A stretch of 55,267 nt of DNA, taken from the NCBI GenBank assembly GCA_046597175.1, contig JBKJKY010000003.1, positions 1-55,267 on the forward strand, in the 5' to 3' direction. Under the pieces are notes generated by a model. The model was not told where the DNA came from. It saw only the letters and a list, made by a program, of their open reading frames with translations, and made no database searches. This DNA is from Parcubacteria group bacterium. GTDB taxonomy: Bacteria; Patescibacteriota; Minisyncoccia; Phycocordibacterales; Zambryskibacteraceae. Below, in pieces: positions 52,951-55,267 of the stretch. Position numbers and translations under genes: made by a program. Position 1 is the first letter of the stretch. Every line of letters starts with the position of its first letter.

Positions 52951-54525
52951 ATGTTTCGAAATACCGTCACAGTCAAAAGTATCGCTCTCTCTCTTGTGTT
53001 CCTTTGCTCTTTCACAAATCTCATCGCAGCAACAGATCAGTTCAACATTAACCTTTCGGTTACTGCTGGCGCTGACACAATTGCACCATCTGTGCCAACT
53101 GCACTTTCTGCAACTGCAGTCTCAGCGTCACAAATTGATCTTGTGTGGAGTGCATCGACAGACAATGTGGCGGTAACTGGGTATCGTGTCTATCGTGATA
53201 GTGCTTTGGTAGGGACTTCGGTCAGTACTACATATTCTGATACTGGCCTCAGCGCTTCCACACTCTATACGTATACAGTTTCAGCAATTGACGCAGCACT
53301 CAATGAATCAGTTCAGTCTGCAAGTTCTACTGCAACAACGCTACCCGCTCCTGTCAGTACAAATTCCGGAGGAGGTGGGGGAAAAAGCCAGACTTCAGTG
53401 CCACAGATTTACAATTTAGTGGTAACCCCGAATCAAAGTGGCGCAGTCATATCGTGGAATACGTCGGTGCCAGTGCAAAGCACACTCTCTTGGGGGCTTA
53501 CCTCGAATCTTGAGAAAGGAAATGTATCTGAAACATTTTTCACTACTTTTCACAGTGTTACGCTTCCAAATTTACTCTCTGGAACAAATTATCAATTTCT
53601 TATCCAGGTAGTGAGTGGATACGGAGGGTATAACGAACTTCGGAGTCAATTTGCAACGGTAGGAATTCCGCAAGGAAATGTAAATGCGCGAAATTTTACT
53701 GCCACCGCTGGAGTAGATCGGATTCTCCTTAAGTGGAAAAATCCAACAGTGAATTTTGCTGAAGAGAGGATTGTCCGAAGTGAATCATTTTATCCAGCAG
53801 ATCCAAGTGATGGAGAAGTTGTGTATGAAGGAGGAGGTGAAGTGAGTGAAGATGCCAGCGTAACGATTGGCACACGGTATTACTACACACTCTTTACCAA
53901 AGATACTGATGGAAATTACTCGTCTGGATTACTCGCTACCGCACGGATCCCTGTTCCAGGTGAGCCAGTAGGGGCGAACCCCGACACTCTCGGGAATCTA
54001 CCCGATGCACCAAACGTAGATCCGATCATTCGTGCACTAACATTCCTCGATTTTGATTTCATCCAGCATGGAAAAAAGATACAGGCCGATGGGAGTGGCG
54101 CGGGGGTTTCGATCGATGGACTTGAAAATCTCACTGTGTCACTTGATTACAAGAAGGTTCCAGAGGTGCTAAAAAGCATAGCAATCACACTCACTCACCC
54201 GACTGATCCTTCGAAAACATTTTCCTTCCTCCTTCGGATAAACAAAGAAAAGACTGCATACACCGCAACAATTGGAGCACTCGGGGATTCGGGAACATAC
54301 GGGGTTCATATCGCAATTGTTGATTACAAAAATAGAGGACTAAAAAATATTTTTGGAAATCTCCTTGCAAGTGCTGAAAATGCTATCGATTCACGAAACA
54401 CCTTCTTCCTTCTCCTCCTGCAGACTCTTGAGAATAATCTTTTCACAATCGTCCTTATTCTCATCCTTCTCATAATCCTCGGCAGCGTAGTCAAAAAAAC
54501 ATTTGAATTGAAACGTAAAAAATAG
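52951..54525 (+). CDS. fibronectin type III domain surface protein with a C-terminal membrane anchor
   Basis: Signal peptide. APSVPTALSATAVSASQIDLVWSASTDNVAVTGYRVYRD...YTYTVSAID (canonical FN3) plus two further FN3-like modules. C-terminal TM segment followed by KKTFELKRKK. Confidence 0.75.
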   Translation: MFRNTVTVKSIALSLVFLCSFTNLIAATDQFNINLSVTAGADTIAPSVPTALSATAVSASQIDLVWSASTDNVAVTGYRVYRDSALVGTSVSTTYSDTGLSASTLYTYTVSAIDAALNESVQSASSTATTLPAPVSTNSGGGGGKSQTSVPQIYNLVVTPNQSGAVISWNTSVPVQSTLSWGLTSNLEKGNVSETFFTTFHSVTLPNLLSGTNYQFLIQVVSGYGGYNELRSQFATVGIPQGNVNARNFTATAGVDRILLKWKNPTVNFAEERIVRSESFYPADPSDGEVVYEGGGEVSEDASVTIGTRYYYTLFTKDTDGNYSSGLLATARIPVPGEPVGANPDTLGNLPDAPNVDPIIRALTFLDFDFIQHGKKIQADGSGAGVSIDGLENLTVSLDYKKVPEVLKSIAITLTHPTDPSKTFSFLLRINKEKTAYTATIGALGDSGTYGVHIAIVDYKNRGLKNIFGNLLASAENAIDSRNTFFLLLLQTLENNLFTIVLILILLIILGSVVKKTFELKRKK

Positions 54526-54532
54526 TTCTCTC

Positions 54533-55267
54533 ATGTGGAAATTAATTGAAAAAATAATAGCATCAACACTTATCCTTATCGTATTCTTTACGATTCCAGG
54601 ATTATTTCCTGCTCTTGAAGTTTTTTCATTTGCTCCAAAGATTGCAGAGGCAGCTTTTAATAAACAAATAAATTATCAAGGAAAGCTTACAACGCCCCTT
54701 AACGTTGCAGCTGCAGATGGTGTCTATCATATGCGCTTTGCGCTGTATACATCAGCAAGCGGTGGGGTCCCTGTTTGGCAAGAAGATCGTAGTACCGCTC
54801 CTGGCGACCGCGTGACGCTTTCAAATGGACTTTTCAGTGTTATGCTCGGAAGTTCTACTGTGCTCACATCAGTAAATTTCGCTCAGACACTGTACCTTGG
54901 GGTTGAGGTGGGAGGATCAACTGGATCACCTACCTGGGACGGAGAAATGACTCCACGCAAAGTTCTCGGCGCGGTTCCCACTGCGTTTGTGGCAGAAAAT
55001 GTTGAAGGAGGTACTATTGAGAATGTTACAATCGGTGCAACTACTCCTGGTACAGCGCGATTTACAAACTCGACAACAACGAACGCAACTTCCACCAATC
55101 TCTTTTCAACGGATGCAAATATCGGTTCTGCAAGTGTTGGAAGTCTAACCACAACCAACGCCACCACCACCTCTTTCGCCATCTCAAACACCGCCTCATC
55201 ACTCCTCAAGACAAACAGTAATGGTTCAGTTCTCGCAGCAATCGCAGGAACAGACTACGAAAACGCT
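54533..55267 (+). CDS. large surface/adhesin-like protein, 3' end outside the window
   Basis: Not in the ORF track because it has no stop in the window. I translated it by hand: ATG at 54533, open for 245 codons to the window end. N-terminal anchor, then INYQGKLT..DGVYHMRFALYTS..GGVPVWQE..NGLFSVMLG..LYLGVEVGG, then T/N/S-rich repeats. Confidence 0.6.
   Translation, partial: MWKLIEKIIASTLILIVFFTIPGLFPALEVFSFAPKIAEAAFNKQINYQGKLTTPLNVAAADGVYHMRFALYTSASGGVPVWQEDRSTAPGDRVTLSNGLFSVMLGSSTVLTSVNFAQTLYLGVEVGGSTGSPTWDGEMTPRKVLGAVPTAFVAENVEGGTIENVTIGATTPGTARFTNSTTTNATSTNLFSTDANIGSASVGSLTTTNATTTSFAISNTASSLLKTNSNGSVLAAIAGTDYENA

Overview
Gene-dense, moderately AT-rich, mostly plus-strand segment. It looks like a reduced Candidate Phyla Radiation / Patescibacteria-type genome. 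That placement is an inference from five things: a short 16S with a universal-primer-site substitution and no anti-SD tail, an rRNA gene not linked to 23S/5S, SD-less and apparently leaderless gene starts, a minimal housekeeping set, and many GT4 glycosyltransferases plus large surface proteins. Housekeeping genes present: SEDS RodA/FtsW, secD, secF, secA, murD, obg, gatB, a MYG1 homolog and two DedA proteins. There is one 16S rRNA gene with its own promoter, followed by an intrinsic terminator. About 1.1 kb further on, a tRNA-Ile(GAU) sits in a repeat-rich patchwork of tRNA half-copies, a four-member bipartite repeat family and a MITE-like element with terminal inverted repeats. Three promoter/terminator-bounded non-coding units look like structured RNAs that I cannot classify by eye. 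Other content: an orphan TraD/VirD4-like ATPase, and a ~21.6-kb glycan-assembly island (9 glycosyltransferases, 7 SAM methyltransferases, a GMC oxidoreductase, a Wzx-like flippase and an O-antigen-ligase/TPR protein). There is also a 32-aa Lys/Ala-rich microprotein missed by the ORF track. At the 3' end lies a cell-surface operon flanked by HTH genes: a membrane-tethered HTH protein, a CscA/DUF916-like protein, a secreted beta-rich subunit, an FN3 protein and a giant adhesin that runs off the window. I found no CRISPR array, integrase, transposase, reverse transcriptase, 23S or 5S gene. All homology calls come from motif recognition by eye, not from searches.
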